From an uncultured Gemmatimonadales bacterium (GTDB lineage Bacteria > Gemmatimonadota > Gemmatimonadetes > Gemmatimonadales > GWC2-71-9), in the NCBI GenBank assembly GCA_963771275.1, contig CAVYSW010000010.1:576001-640000 (forward strand): DNA of 64,000 nt. The letters run 5' to 3'. The notes beneath the pieces are model-generated. The model was not told the DNA's origin. It searched no databases and saw only the letters and a program-made list of their open reading frames with translations. This document shows, piece after piece, positions 50,644 through 60,590 of this stretch. Each line of letters starts with the position of its first letter. Position 1 is the first letter of the stretch. The position numbers and the translations under genes were made by a program.

Positions 50644-51831
50644 CTATCGTCGGGTCATCCCGCACCGGTCGCAGCCCGCGCACGTTCGCATGGTCTCGCC
50701 AAGGTACGCGAGCAGGACGCGCCGCCGGCAGCGCCAGCCGTGCACGTACGTGCGCATCGTCTCGAGGCCGGTGGCGGCGGCGGGCCCGCCACCCGACAGG
50801 CGGCGCATCAGCACCAGGTCGCGCTTGGTCCACAGCAGCTCGCACCGGGCCGGCGCCCCGTCCCGCCCGGCGCGACCGGCCTCCTGGTAGTAGGCTTCCG
50901 GCCGTGACGGGATGCCAAGGTGGAGGACGAGCCGGACGTCCGGCTTGTCGATCCCCATGCCGAACGCGTTGGTCGCCACCATGACGCGGATGCGCCCGTC
51001 GAGGAACCGCCCCAGCAGGGCGCGGCGCGCCTCGGGCGGCAGCGCGGCGTGATAGGGCGCCGCCGCGAACCCGTAGCGCCGCAGGATGGTGGCGACGCCA
51101 TCGGTGCGGTTGCGCGTCGGCACGTATACGATCGCGGTCCCCTGCACCGCCCCGAGCTTCGCCACCGCCAGGCGGACACGCTCGGGCTCGTCGCGGCAGC
51201 CGTGCACCGCGAAGGTGAGGTTGGGGCGGTCGAAACTCTGTTGCACCGAGACGGGTCGTGCGAGGCCGAGCACGCGCACGATGTCCGCGCGCGTCGCGGG
51301 GGTCGCGCTGGCGGTGAGCGCGATCGTGGGCGGGTTACCAAGCGCGGTACGGTGCTGGCCGATCGCCCGGTAGTGCGGCCGGAACTCGTGTCCCCATTCG
51401 GATATGCAGTGCGCCTCGTCCACGGCGAGCAGGCTGACCGGCAGGCGCGCCCCGGCCAGCAGGCGCTCCAGCCGCTCCGGTGCCACGTACAGCAGCTTGA
51501 GCCGGCCCGCCCCGAGCGCCTCGCGCACGGCACTCCGCGTTTCGGGCGTTTGCGTGCTGCTCAGGTACGCCGCAGCGATGCCGCGACGCCGCAGTGCCGC
51601 AACCTGGTCCTGCATCAGCGAAATCAGCGGCGAGATGACGAGCGTGAGACCGGGCAAGAGCAGCGCCGGTACCTGGAAGCAGAGCGATTTCCCGCCGCCG
51701 GTGGGCAGGATCGCCAGACAATCCCGGCCGCCCAACGCCGCGAGCACGACGCGGCGCTGGTGGAAGCGGAAATGGGGGTACCCCCAGATTTCCGTGAGGA
51801 GCTGCTCGGCCTGGTCGAGGAGCGCGGCCAT
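50644..51831 (-). CDS. recQ: RecQ-family DNA helicase, short form
   Basis: PTGGGKS, VDEAHCISEWGHEFRP, QEAGRAGRDG and Zn site CRR...CAGCDRC at the terminus. Confidence 0.92.
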   Translation of the reverse strand: MAALLDQAEQLLTEIWGYPHFRFHQRRVVLAALGGRDCLAILPTGGGKSLCFQVPALLLPGLTLVISPLISLMQDQVAALRRRGIAAAYLSSTQTPETRSAVREALGAGRLKLLYVAPERLERLLAGARLPVSLLAVDEAHCISEWGHEFRPHYRAIGQHRTALGNPPTIALTASATPATRADIVRVLGLARPVSVQQSFDRPNLTFAVHGCRDEPERVRLAVAKLGAVQGTAIVYVPTRNRTDGVATILRRYGFAAAPYHAALPPEARRALLGRFLDGRIRVMVATNAFGMGIDKPDVRLVLHLGIPSRPEAYYQEAGRAGRDGAPARCELLWTKRDLVLMRRLSGGGPAAATGLETMRTYVHGWRCRRRVLLAYLGETMRTCAGCDRCGMTRR

Positions 51832-51902
51832 GCGGCACGCTGGTGGACCCGGCGGCCTGAGACCAGCGCGGAATCACGCGGCCAGGTGCGTTCCCGCGCT
51901 GG

Positions 51903-52667
51903 CTACGGCTTCTTCAGGAAGTCCTCGATCGCCTTGCGGAAATCCGGGGTCGTCCGCGCCGCGGCGTTCACGGCGGCCCCGAGCCGGATGCCCTCCTCGA
52001 AGCCCCGCCCATCCAGTTCATAGAGCTGGCGCTTGATCAGCGCCAGGGCCGACGCACTCGCGGAAGCGAGCTGGCTCACGATGCCGGCCGCTTGCTGGTC
52101 GAATTCAGCCGCCGGCAGCACCCGCGACACCAGGCCGATGGCGCCTGCCTCGGCCGCCGTGAGCAGCCGGCCGGTGGTCACCAAATCGAACGCGACCCTC
52201 TCCCCCACGATGCGCCGCAGCATCGCCATCACCATGGCGGGCACGAACCCGCGACGCACCTCCGGGTAGCCGAACTGGGCGTCCGCATGTGCCAGGATCA
52301 GATCGCACGCGGTGGCGAGACCGCAGCCGCCCGCCAGGACGCGGCCGTGTACCAGTGCCACCACCGGCTTGGGCAGCTTCCGCATCCGGACGAACACCTC
52401 GCCGAGCCGGGCCGCGCTGCGGGCGTTCTCCTGGGGTGACCGATCCGCCGATGCGAGCAGCTCCGCGAGGTCCACGCCGGCGCAGAAGTCTTTCCCGGCT
52501 CCCCGCAGAACGACGACCCCCACTTCCTGATCGAGGTCCGCCCGCTCGAGCTGCGTGAGCAACGCTTCCACCATGGCACTGTCGATCGCGTTCCGCTTGT
52601 CAGAGCGGTTGAGCGTGAGCGTGAGGACTCTGCGCTCCAGCGTGACCAGCAGCCGGTCAGCCGACAT
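51903..52667 (-). CDS. Enoyl-CoA hydratase, methylglutaconyl-CoA hydratase-like
   Basis: FCAGVDL, AGGCGLATACD and YPEVRRGFVPA motifs. Confidence 0.85.
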   Translation of the reverse strand: MSADRLLVTLERRVLTLTLNRSDKRNAIDSAMVEALLTQLERADLDQEVGVVVLRGAGKDFCAGVDLAELLASADRSPQENARSAARLGEVFVRMRKLPKPVVALVHGRVLAGGCGLATACDLILAHADAQFGYPEVRRGFVPAMVMAMLRRIVGERVAFDLVTTGRLLTAAEAGAIGLVSRVLPAAEFDQQAAGIVSQLASASASALALIKRQLYELDGRGFEEGIRLGAAVNAAARTTPDFRKAIEDFLKKP

Positions 52668-53016
52668 CGAGATCCTCCGGGACGTCGATTTCCATTCTGA
52701 GCAGCGCCGTCGAGAACACCTTGCCCTGCGCGTCGGTCTTGAGCGAGAGGGTGCCGCCCCCGCCGAGCGCCCCGTGCAGCAGGAAATTGAGGGCCCTGAG
52801 GTTGGGAAGCTCGTAACGCTCCACCGGTCCCGTGATGACACCCTGAAAGTGACGCGTCACCGCCTCGACGGTCACGCGTGCCCGGAGCAGCGGATAGAGC
52901 TCGGGCCGGAGCGCGATCAGCCCCACGTTGGCCGTATCGCCTTTGTCGCCGCTCCGCGCATGCGCGAGGTAGCGCAGCTGAACCTTCCTGACCAACGCCC
53001 GCCGTTTGGCTCCCAT
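52657..53016 (-). CDS. AtuA C-terminal (ferredoxin-fold) small protein
   Basis: AHARSGDKGDTANVG, ALNF, LGGGG and DAQGK motifs. Confidence 0.85.
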   Translation of the reverse strand: MGAKRRALVRKVQLRYLAHARSGDKGDTANVGLIALRPELYPLLRARVTVEAVTRHFQGVITGPVERYELPNLRALNFLLHGALGGGGTLSLKTDAQGKVFSTALLRMEIDVPEDLDVG

Positions 53017-53039
53017 CCGCTCCCCTGTTCTCCTCCGCC

Positions 53040-53066
53040 CTGCCGCCTCTGCGGCTCCTGCCGCTA
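53040..53066. repeat. 9-mer tandem repeat (CTGCCGCNN)x3 containing the AtuA-family gene stop codon
   Basis: ctgccgcct ctgcggctc ctgccgcta; 24/25 identical to 27670-27694. Confidence 0.75.
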
Positions 53067-54434
53067 CGCCTCTACGATCTCGACCCGTGCCGATACCTCC
53101 GACTTGGGCATCAACGCCGGCCAATACGCCACGATCTCCTCGACCTTGGGCCGCCCTCCCGCGAAACCCGTGACGCTGGGCGGTCCGTTGAGGATCAGCG
53201 GGGCGATCTCGCGCGTGAAGCGCTCGACCGGCGCCTTCTTGCGCGCGCGCACGCCAACGCGGAGCTGCACCTCCGGCAGGTCCGGATTCGGTGGTCCGGC
53301 GAGCCGCCCGTGGGTCGCTCCGGCCCCGACGAACTCGGTGAGCGTCTCTTCGAACGTGAGGCCAAGGCGGTCGAGCCGCTGGCGCAGGATCCGATCCGCC
53401 GCCCGCGCCTTTTCGTACGCGTCGGGCCAGGCGTAAACCAGCGTCCCCACGGCCTTGTAGCCGTAGAAATACGAGACCGAGACCTTGAGGAATGGGGTTG
53501 CCGGCCGCCCCGTGATCCCCGACACGCGGACGCGGTCGCGGCCCTGCTGCGCGAGCCGGATCGTCGTGAAATCCGCGATCACGTCGGGGGTGATGTAGCT
53601 CCTGGGGTCGCCCATCTCGTAGAGCAACTGCTCGGTGATCGACGCCACCGAGATCCGGCCACCCGTCCCCGGGTGCTTCGTCACCGTGAAGCGGCCATCC
53701 GGGGTCGCCTCGATGATCGGGTAGCCGGGATTCTCCATGTGCGGGATGTGGTCCCAGTCCACCAAGCAGTTGCCGCCGGAGCACTGCGCGCCGCACTCGA
53801 TGATGTGCCCGGCGACCGTCCCTGCCGCCAGGCGGTGCCAGTTGTCCGCCCGCCAGCCGAACGCGTGCATCATCGGCGCCAGGGTGAGCCCGGTGTCGGT
53901 GACGCGGCCGGTGATCACCACGGTGGCGCCCCGGTCCAGCGCCTCCACGATGGGCGCCGCGCCGAGGTAGGCGTTGGCGGACAGCACGCGGTCCCGCACC
54001 GTGCTGAGGGGCTCGCCCGTTTCCATGTTCGCGAGCGGATGGCCCCGCGCCGCGAGCTCGTCCAGGCGGTCGAGCAGGTCGTCGCCGGTGACGATGCCGA
54101 CACGGACCCGACCGTCGAGACCGCGACGCCGCGCCGCTTCGAGCAGCGCGTCGGCGCAGGCGCGGGGGTTCACGCCTCCGGCGTTGGCCGTGACCCGCAC
54201 GCCGTGCTCCACGAGATCCGGCAGCAGGCGCTCCATCAGGGGCACGAAGTCCTTGGCGTATCCCAGCGAGGGGTCCCGCGAGCGCTGCTTCTGCATGATG
54301 GACATCGTGACTTCGGCGAGGTAGTCCATCATGAGGAAGTCGATTGGCCCGCCGGCAACCTGCCGGGCGGGAGCCTCGAGCCAGTCGCCCCAGAACCCCT
54401 GACCGGACGCAATGCGAATCGGGCCGTGCGTCAT
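53064..54434 (-). CDS. Acyclic terpene utilization AtuA family protein (DUF1446)
   Basis: [38 protein letters not shown] and YITPDV motifs. Confidence 0.9.
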   Translation of the reverse strand: MTHGPIRIASGQGFWGDWLEAPARQVAGGPIDFLMMDYLAEVTMSIMQKQRSRDPSLGYAKDFVPLMERLLPDLVEHGVRVTANAGGVNPRACADALLEAARRRGLDGRVRVGIVTGDDLLDRLDELAARGHPLANMETGEPLSTVRDRVLSANAYLGAAPIVEALDRGATVVITGRVTDTGLTLAPMMHAFGWRADNWHRLAAGTVAGHIIECGAQCSGGNCLVDWDHIPHMENPGYPIIEATPDGRFTVTKHPGTGGRISVASITEQLLYEMGDPRSYITPDVIADFTTIRLAQQGRDRVRVSGITGRPATPFLKVSVSYFYGYKAVGTLVYAWPDAYEKARAADRILRQRLDRLGLTFEETLTEFVGAGATHGRLAGPPNPDLPEVQLRVGVRARKKAPVERFTREIAPLILNGPPSVTGFAGGRPKVEEIVAYWPALMPKSEVSARVEIVEA

Positions 54435-54448
54435 CCGTCCGCCGTCGC

Positions 54449-57271
54449 TCACCGCGTGTCGCCCGCGGACATGGTGGAGGATGGCAGGATCACGCGGTAG
54501 GCGGTGGTGGGCCGGTCGTCGGCGCGGAGGAGGATCTCGACGAACGGGTCGAACCCCTCGGCCCCCGCGGACGCTGGCATGTGCCAGGCAACCGGAACCG
54601 TGGTGTGTGCCGGCATCGTGACGTCGGCTTCGGCGAACGGCAGGGGATCCTCCCGCAGGAACGCCACGGTGACCGTGGCGCTCCACGGCGTCGTGTCGTG
54701 CGGGAAGGTGAAGGCGGGCAGCAGCTCGAGCTCGATCCGGCGCGGCGTGAGCGAGTCGAGGGAGACATAGTGCCGGCCGGCGCTGTGATCCAGCGGCATC
54801 TCGGCGACGAGCGCCCCCGCCGAATCCCACAGCGAGACGGCGAAGTCCGTGATGTGGGACCACACCGCGTGATCCACCCGAACGTCCACCATGAGCCTGA
54901 CCGCCCACTCGGGAACCCGGAGCGGGACCGTGCGCCGTACAGTGCCCCGGCCGGCGACGACCTCGCGCTTGGCCGTCCCGATGAGGCGGGCCCGGACGGA
55001 CGCGCTCGCCGGGTCTGCCGAGGTGTTGGCTAGCGTGACGCCGTCCGGCGCCGCGGCGACGCGAACGGGCGCGAGCGCTGCCGCGAGCTCGACCGTCGTT
55101 GCCTCATTGGGCGGCGCGATCGCGACCGCCTCGTACACGCCTGCCAGGAGATCGTCCTGACGCACGGTGAGCCGCGCCGTGTCTCCGAGCTCCCCGCCCA
55201 CCTCCGCGGAGGGGCTCTCGACGAGCGGGCGCCCGGAGGGCTCGAACAGGAAGAGGCTGGCGCGCTGATCGGGATCTGCGATGCGTGCCTCGACCGAGAG
55301 GCCGCCCGCCCCCGAGGGGACCCGGAAGAAGAACCGGGCCATCTGGCCGGCCTTGAGGTGCTGGCGCGCCGTGAACGGCTGGTCGAGCGTGTACGGCACG
55401 ACCACCGCGTTCGTGAGTCCCAAGACGGCGCCCCCCAGCGTGTCGCTCGCCGGACGCGCCCACACGGTGCCGACGTACAGTCCCGGCACCTGGAGAGCGG
55501 CGGCGGCGTAGGTCAGCTGGACGGTCACCGGCCCGGGGCCGAGGTCTATGGCGTCCGGGGTGTGGAGCCACGGGGCGTCCGACCGGAGCAGCAAGCGCGG
55601 CGCGGGTGGGCTTCCCACGGGTGCGATGCTGAACCGTTGCACGGTGTCGCCCGTGGACGCGAGGCCGTCCCGCCGGTAGGCCGCGGTGGCCCACGGGGTG
55701 TCGGTGCCGCTGTGCAGCGCCCGCACGGCGAACCGGCCGCCGCGATGCCCGGCTTTGAGCCAGCGCCACGCGGCCGCCACGTTGGGCACCCCCGCGCCCT
55801 CGTCGAGCGTGGTGGCGCCGGGGATCGGGCGGGCCGTGGCCTTCAGCGCTGCCGTCACGTCGGCCGATGACGCGGGACGCCCGCCCCCGGCGATCGCCGC
55901 GGACTGGAGCAACGCCGCCGCGCCGCTGAGCTGTGGGGCGGCCATGCTCGTCCCGCCGGCGACCTCCTCCCCCTCGTCCCACGGTGGGACGTTGGAGAAC
56001 GCGACGCCCGGGACGCACAGGTCGGGCTTCTGCACGCTGCCGCCGCGGCTGCTCCACCAGCCGAGCACGTCGTCCGGCGAGCGCCCGCCGGCCTGCGGCG
56101 GCTTGGCGAACACCCCGGGGAACAGCGCGCAGGCGGAGAGCGCGAAGTCGGCGGATCCGGGGAAGCCGATCGTGGAGATGCCCGGCCCATCGTTGCCGGC
56201 GCTGATCACGATCGTGACGCCGGGGTGCTCGACCGCATAGGCGTCGAGCACCGAGTCGATCAGGGCACGTCCGGCGGCGGCGTCGTTCCCCACGCCGTAG
56301 CTTAAGTTCAGCACCAACGGCATGCCGCCCCGCGCTGCGTAGTCGGCGGCGTAGGCGATCGCGCGGACCATCGAGCCCGTCACCGACACGCCGCCCCGGG
56401 CGTTGTTCGCGATCTTGAGACCGAGGAGCTGCGCGCCGGGCGCGATCCCGTCGAACCCGGCGACCCCGAACAGGTCGTGGCCGGCCGCGATGCCGGCGAC
56501 GTGCGAGCCGTGCCCCGACGTGTCGAAGAAGAGATCGAGCGTCGGGCGCGCGGCGACACTGCCGAAGTTCGCCGCGAGGGTGAGCGGCCCGAACGCGAAC
56601 GTCTCCGCCGCGGTCGCGTAGTCCCGGATCGGGACCTCGTCGGTGAGCGACCCGTCGCCGTCGGTATCGGCCATCACGAACCAGCCGTCACTCGCCCGTG
56701 CCACCACGAGCGGCAGGCGATCCCGCGCGTCGCCGTCCCCGTTGACGTCGGCGGCCGGGGGCGCGCCCAGGCTCGCCTCGTCGAGCGTCCCCCCGTAGTA
56801 CGGCGGCAGCGCCAGCCGCACAACGCGCCCGAACCCGCCGAGTCGTCGGCCTTCCACCGTCACCGCATCCCCGTCGGCGGTGATGGGCGTGAGCGCGATG
56901 CGTCCCTCCCCGGAGAAATCCCGGAGATCCGCGAGCTTGCGGTCGCCGGTCGTGGTGCGCCGCAGTCCGGGAAGTCCGGCGTCGATGCCGCTGTCGAGGA
57001 TCGCGATCAGCACGCCCCGGCCGTCGAACTCGGCGTTGGCCGCGAGAAACTGCTCGGCCCCGGTCACCCGGCGCGGCAGCAGGCCCAGGAGCATCGCGGC
57101 CTGGGGCGGGAGCACGGGTTTCCCGGGCACCGGGAGGGCCACGGCGCTCTCGTCGACGGCGACGGGTGCGGGCCCCGCTTGCCAGGGCGCGGGCGTGCGG
57201 GAGGCGCACGCGGCCGCGACGCACAGACTCCCCGCCGCGACCACCAGACCGCGGGGGGGGCGTGGGCTCAC
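54449..57271 (-). CDS. S8 subtilase lipoprotein, tripeptidyl-peptidase II-like
   Basis: Lipobox AAAC; triad motifs ILDSGID, HGSHVAG and GTSMAAP; oxyanion [10 protein letters not shown] overlaps the upstream stop. Confidence 0.85.
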   Translation of the reverse strand: MSPRPPRGLVVAAGSLCVAAACASRTPAPWQAGPAPVAVDESAVALPVPGKPVLPPQAAMLLGLLPRRVTGAEQFLAANAEFDGRGVLIAILDSGIDAGLPGLRRTTTGDRKLADLRDFSGEGRIALTPITADGDAVTVEGRRLGGFGRVVRLALPPYYGGTLDEASLGAPPAADVNGDGDARDRLPLVVARASDGWFVMADTDGDGSLTDEVPIRDYATAAETFAFGPLTLAANFGSVAARPTLDLFFDTSGHGSHVAGIAAGHDLFGVAGFDGIAPGAQLLGLKIANNARGGVSVTGSMVRAIAYAADYAARGGMPLVLNLSYGVGNDAAAGRALIDSVLDAYAVEHPGVTIVISAGNDGPGISTIGFPGSADFALSACALFPGVFAKPPQAGGRSPDDVLGWWSSRGGSVQKPDLCVPGVAFSNVPPWDEGEEVAGGTSMAAPQLSGAAALLQSAAIAGGGRPASSADVTAALKATARPIPGATTLDEGAGVPNVAAAWRWLKAGHRGGRFAVRALHSGTDTPWATAAYRRDGLASTGDTVQRFSIAPVGSPPAPRLLLRSDAPWLHTPDAIDLGPGPVTVQLTYAAAALQVPGLYVGTVWARPASDTLGGAVLGLTNAVVVPYTLDQPFTARQHLKAGQMARFFFRVPSGAGGLSVEARIADPDQRASLFLFEPSGRPLVESPSAEVGGELGDTARLTVRQDDLLAGVYEAVAIAPPNEATTVELAAALAPVRVAAAPDGVTLANTSADPASASVRARLIGTAKREVVAGRGTVRRTVPLRVPEWAVRLMVDVRVDHAVWSHITDFAVSLWDSAGALVAEMPLDHSAGRHYVSLDSLTPRRIELELLPAFTFPHDTTPWSATVTVAFLREDPLPFAEADVTMPAHTTVPVAWHMPASAGAEGFDPFVEILLRADDRPTTAYRVILPSSTMSAGDTR

Positions 57272-58884
57272 GGACCGGTCTCGGGGATGGTAAACGCGCC
57301 CAGGTGTGGGCCGCCGTAGGAGCTGCAGGCCCGCAGCGTGAGCGCGAGCATGTCCCGGGTCTCCTCCGGCAGCAGGATGGCGTCCACGAAGCCGCGCGCG
57401 CCGGCGAACTTGGCATCGAGTTGGTGCTCGTAGTCGGCGCGCATCCGCTCGACCGCCTCCTCGGACTGCTTGTCGTTCACCTTCGCGCCGAACACGGCCT
57501 GCACCGCCGACTCGCCCTCCATGACCCCCATCCGACCGGTCGGCCACGAGAGCAGGAAATCGGGATCGAAGCCCTGCCCGGCCATCGCGTAGTAGCCGGC
57601 GCCGGAGGCGTGGTTCACGGTGAGGACGATCTTCGGCACCACCGTCGTCGCCATCGCTTCCACAAAGCGTGCGCCCGCGCGAATGATGCCGGAGTGCTCG
57701 GCCTCGGGGCCGACCATGAACCCGCTCACGTCCTGGACGAACAGGATCGGGAAGCGCTCGCGGCTCGCGTTCTCGATGAAGTAGGCGACCTTCTCCGCGC
57801 TCTCCGTGTAGACGATGCCGCCAAACCGCGGCCGCTCACCGGCCCGGGCCTTGATGATGCCCCGCTGGTTCGCAATGACGGCCAGCGGGTATCCCTTGAT
57901 CGCGCCGTGGCCGCAGATCATCTCCGCGGCGATGTCCGGCTGGAACTCGTCGAGCGCCCCGTCGTCGAGCAGGCAGGCCAGAAGCTTGCGCGCGTCGTAC
58001 GCCATGCGATGGTCGTGCGGCAGGATCTCGTACAGCGCGGTCGCGGGCTGGCCGGCGGGTCGGGTGGCGTCGCCGCGGCGCGGCGCGAGGCCACACGCCG
58101 GCGTGGGCAGGCGGGCGACATACTCCCGAATGCGCGCGAGGCAGGCGGGGTCGTCCTTCGCGCGGTAGTGCGCGACGGCGCTGATCGCGGTGTGGGTCAC
58201 GGCGCCGCCCAGCTGCTCGCCGTCGACGGTCTGTCCCGTCGCGCCCTTCACGAGATTGACGCCGCCCAGCCCCATGAACGACGTGCCCTCGACCATGTAG
58301 ATCACGTCGGACAGCGCGGGCAGATAGGCGCCGCCCGCCACGCACGGGCCCATCACGGCGCTGATCTGCGGCACGTGGAGGTAGCGACGCATGATCGAGT
58401 TGTAGTAGAAGATCCGCGCCGCGCCGTACTGGCCCGGAAACACGCCGCCCTGGTAGGGCAGGTTCACGCCGGCGGAGTCCACCAGGTAGATGATCGGGAT
58501 GCGCTGCCGCATCGCGATCTCCTGGGCGCGGAGGATCTTCTTGATGGTCTCCGGCCACCACGACCCGGCCTTCACGGTCGCGTCGTTGGCCACGACGACG
58601 ACGTCGCGGCCGCTCACGACTCCGAGGCCGGTAACCACGCCGGCGCCCGGCGCCTGCCCGTCGTACTGGTCGTACGCCACCAGCAGTCCGACCTCGAGCC
58701 ACGGTGTGTCGGGATCGCGCAGCCGCGCGACGCGCTCCCGCGCCGTCAGCTTTCCCTGATCGTGCTGTTTCTTGATCTTGTCGTCCCCGCCGCCGCGCTC
58801 CAGCCGGGCGGCCAGCGCGCGGTACTCGTCCGCCAGCGCGCGCAGCCTGCTCCGTGAGCCGGAGCCCTTGGGGGCGTCGCTCAC
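57268..58884 (-). CDS. Acyl-CoA carboxylase carboxyltransferase (beta) subunit, MCC/LiuB-like
   Basis: [36 protein letters not shown] and GAGYYAM motifs. Confidence 0.92.
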   Translation of the reverse strand: MSDAPKGSGSRSRLRALADEYRALAARLERGGGDDKIKKQHDQGKLTARERVARLRDPDTPWLEVGLLVAYDQYDGQAPGAGVVTGLGVVSGRDVVVVANDATVKAGSWWPETIKKILRAQEIAMRQRIPIIYLVDSAGVNLPYQGGVFPGQYGAARIFYYNSIMRRYLHVPQISAVMGPCVAGGAYLPALSDVIYMVEGTSFMGLGGVNLVKGATGQTVDGEQLGGAVTHTAISAVAHYRAKDDPACLARIREYVARLPTPACGLAPRRGDATRPAGQPATALYEILPHDHRMAYDARKLLACLLDDGALDEFQPDIAAEMICGHGAIKGYPLAVIANQRGIIKARAGERPRFGGIVYTESAEKVAYFIENASRERFPILFVQDVSGFMVGPEAEHSGIIRAGARFVEAMATTVVPKIVLTVNHASGAGYYAMAGQGFDPDFLLSWPTGRMGVMEGESAVQAVFGAKVNDKQSEEAVERMRADYEHQLDAKFAGARGFVDAILLPEETRDMLALTLRACSSYGGPHLGAFTIPETGP

Positions 58885-59300
58885 GAGTCGCGTCGCTGGA
58901 CGGCCGTGCGGATGAAGCCGATGATCTCGGCGGTCGGCGTGCCCGGCCCGAACAGCTTGGCGACGCCCTGCCCCTCGAGCACGACGGCGTCCTCCTGGGG
59001 AATGATGCCACCGCCCAGCAGGACCACATCCCCGCGGCCCGCGTCGTTCAGCAGGCGGCGGACGCGCGGAAACAGCGTCATGTGGGCCCCGGAGAGGATC
59101 GAGAGTCCCACCACATCCACGTCTTCCTGCACCGCGGCGTTGGTGATCATCTCCGGGGTCTGATGCAGCCCGGTGTAGATGACCTCCATTCCGGCGTCCC
59201 GCAGGGCGGCCGCGACGACCTTGGCTCCGCGATCATGCCCGTCCAGGCCGGGCTTGGCCACCAGCACGCGGATCGGGCGCTTGGGCTCGGCAGTGGTCAT
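58881..59300 (-). CDS. Acyl-CoA mutase cobalamin-binding small subunit (IcmB-like)
   Basis: [10 protein letters not shown] (DxHxxG), SILSGAH, GGIIP and FGPGT motifs. Confidence 0.92.
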   Translation of the reverse strand: MTTAEPKRPIRVLVAKPGLDGHDRGAKVVAAALRDAGMEVIYTGLHQTPEMITNAAVQEDVDVVGLSILSGAHMTLFPRVRRLLNDAGRGDVVLLGGGIIPQEDAVVLEGQGVAKLFGPGTPTAEIIGFIRTAVQRRDS

Positions 59301-59342
59301 GGTGGGGGCAACCTAGTGTTGGCGTACATGCGGCACAAGCGA

Positions 59343-60590
59343 TCAGGCGAGCTTGAACCGCAGCAGCGCGGCCATGCCGTCCACCTGCCGCCGCGCGGCG
59401 GCATCCTCCACGACATCGACGTGCGCGCTCTGGCGCAGGGCGTCCTCGATGGCCTCGTCCACGACGTCCGGAACGGGGACCGTGTCGTCGCGCCCGGCGC
59501 AGGCGTCCGGTGAGATGCTCAGCCGTCCGCCCGCGCCGCAGCGGAACCCGGGGCGCTCGACGGACGGGTCGACCAGCAGGGTGCGCACCTGGCCGCGTCC
59601 CAGCGCCTCGAGCGTCGGCTCCAGGCCGTTGACCGCCCAGCCCTCGCCGCGGCCTTCCACCAGCTCGCGTACGTGACGCTGCTCCCAGGCGCGCTCCTGC
59701 TCCCGCCGGATGTCGAGCACCGCCTGCAGCACATCGTTGGCCGACGCGCTCTTGGGGTTGAGCCGCACCGTGCCGAGCACCGATTCGCGCACGTACGGGT
59801 GCAGGTGGGGCCCGACCGCCCCCACGTCCGCGCCCATCCCGGCCAGCACGATGCCCTGCACCGGCAGGTCGCGGGTCACCTCGAACAGCCGCTGCGCGAT
59901 CTGCGCGTAGTGGCGCTGCTTCTCTTCCCGGATCCGCTGGTTGAATCCGTGCTCGCCCGGCGCGGACGCACCGACTCCCCGTCCGTGCGGCCGGCTGGGA
60001 CGGCTGGGACCGTGAAACCGACCGGCCCGCGTCGTCTCCCCCGCGGAGAGGCTGGGCAGCTCCGCCGCGCCGGCAGGCGTCACTTCGAAGAAGCGCGCGC
60101 TGGTGCGGTCGTAGGCGACGCACAGCATCCGGCCGAACTCGTCGTTCAGCGCCGCCAGCTCGCGGACCAGCGGGGTGTGATCGACGACGAGCCGCGAGCG
60201 AAACACCACCGGCAGGGGAATCGGCTCGAACAGCTTGAGCGGCTCGCAGGCGAACACCGCGATACCGCGGCCCGCCGGGAGGTTCGACGGATGGGCCAGG
60301 TAGTCGCGGATCCGCTCCAGATCCCGCCCGACCGCGAGCCGGGCGGCTCGTCCGAGGCCCCGCGCCTCGAGCCCGGCCGTCAGCGCCTTGATCCGGTTCT
60401 TCAGCTTGATCAGGTACTTCCCGTGACCCCGATCCCGCGGCTCCAGCTTGAGGTAACAGGACACGACGCCGTGCTCGGTCGCGCCGAGCGCCGTGAGGCG
60501 CTCGATCAGCGGAGTGAGGGTGGCGGCCTGCGTCCCCGGATGGTCGGCCCCCGAGGTACGCCTAGAAGAAGACCGGTTCGCGATAGGCAC
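59343..60590 (-). CDS. Bacterial aeRF1-like (baeRF) protein lacking GGQ
   Basis: N-domain VVSCYL...GIAVFA; M-domain RIREEKQRHY...IVLAG; L7Ae-like C-domain AVNGLEPTLEALGRGQVRTLLV...GMAALLRF; GTG 60590 preceded by GGAGGAGG. Confidence 0.8.
   Translation of the reverse strand: MPIANRSSSRRTSGADHPGTQAATLTPLIERLTALGATEHGVVSCYLKLEPRDRGHGKYLIKLKNRIKALTAGLEARGLGRAARLAVGRDLERIRDYLAHPSNLPAGRGIAVFACEPLKLFEPIPLPVVFRSRLVVDHTPLVRELAALNDEFGRMLCVAYDRTSARFFEVTPAGAAELPSLSAGETTRAGRFHGPSRPSRPHGRGVGASAPGEHGFNQRIREEKQRHYAQIAQRLFEVTRDLPVQGIVLAGMGADVGAVGPHLHPYVRESVLGTVRLNPKSASANDVLQAVLDIRREQERAWEQRHVRELVEGRGEGWAVNGLEPTLEALGRGQVRTLLVDPSVERPGFRCGAGGRLSISPDACAGRDDTVPVPDVVDEAIEDALRQSAHVDVVEDAAARRQVDGMAALLRFKLA

Noticed and set aside
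60540..60570. Possible +1 frameshift from the mutase (TTC TTC TAG) into the release-factor-like frame, by analogy to prfB
   Set aside because: UUC-to-UCU re-pairing is poor, and an in-frame GTG at 60590 with a GGAGGAGG SD explains initiation
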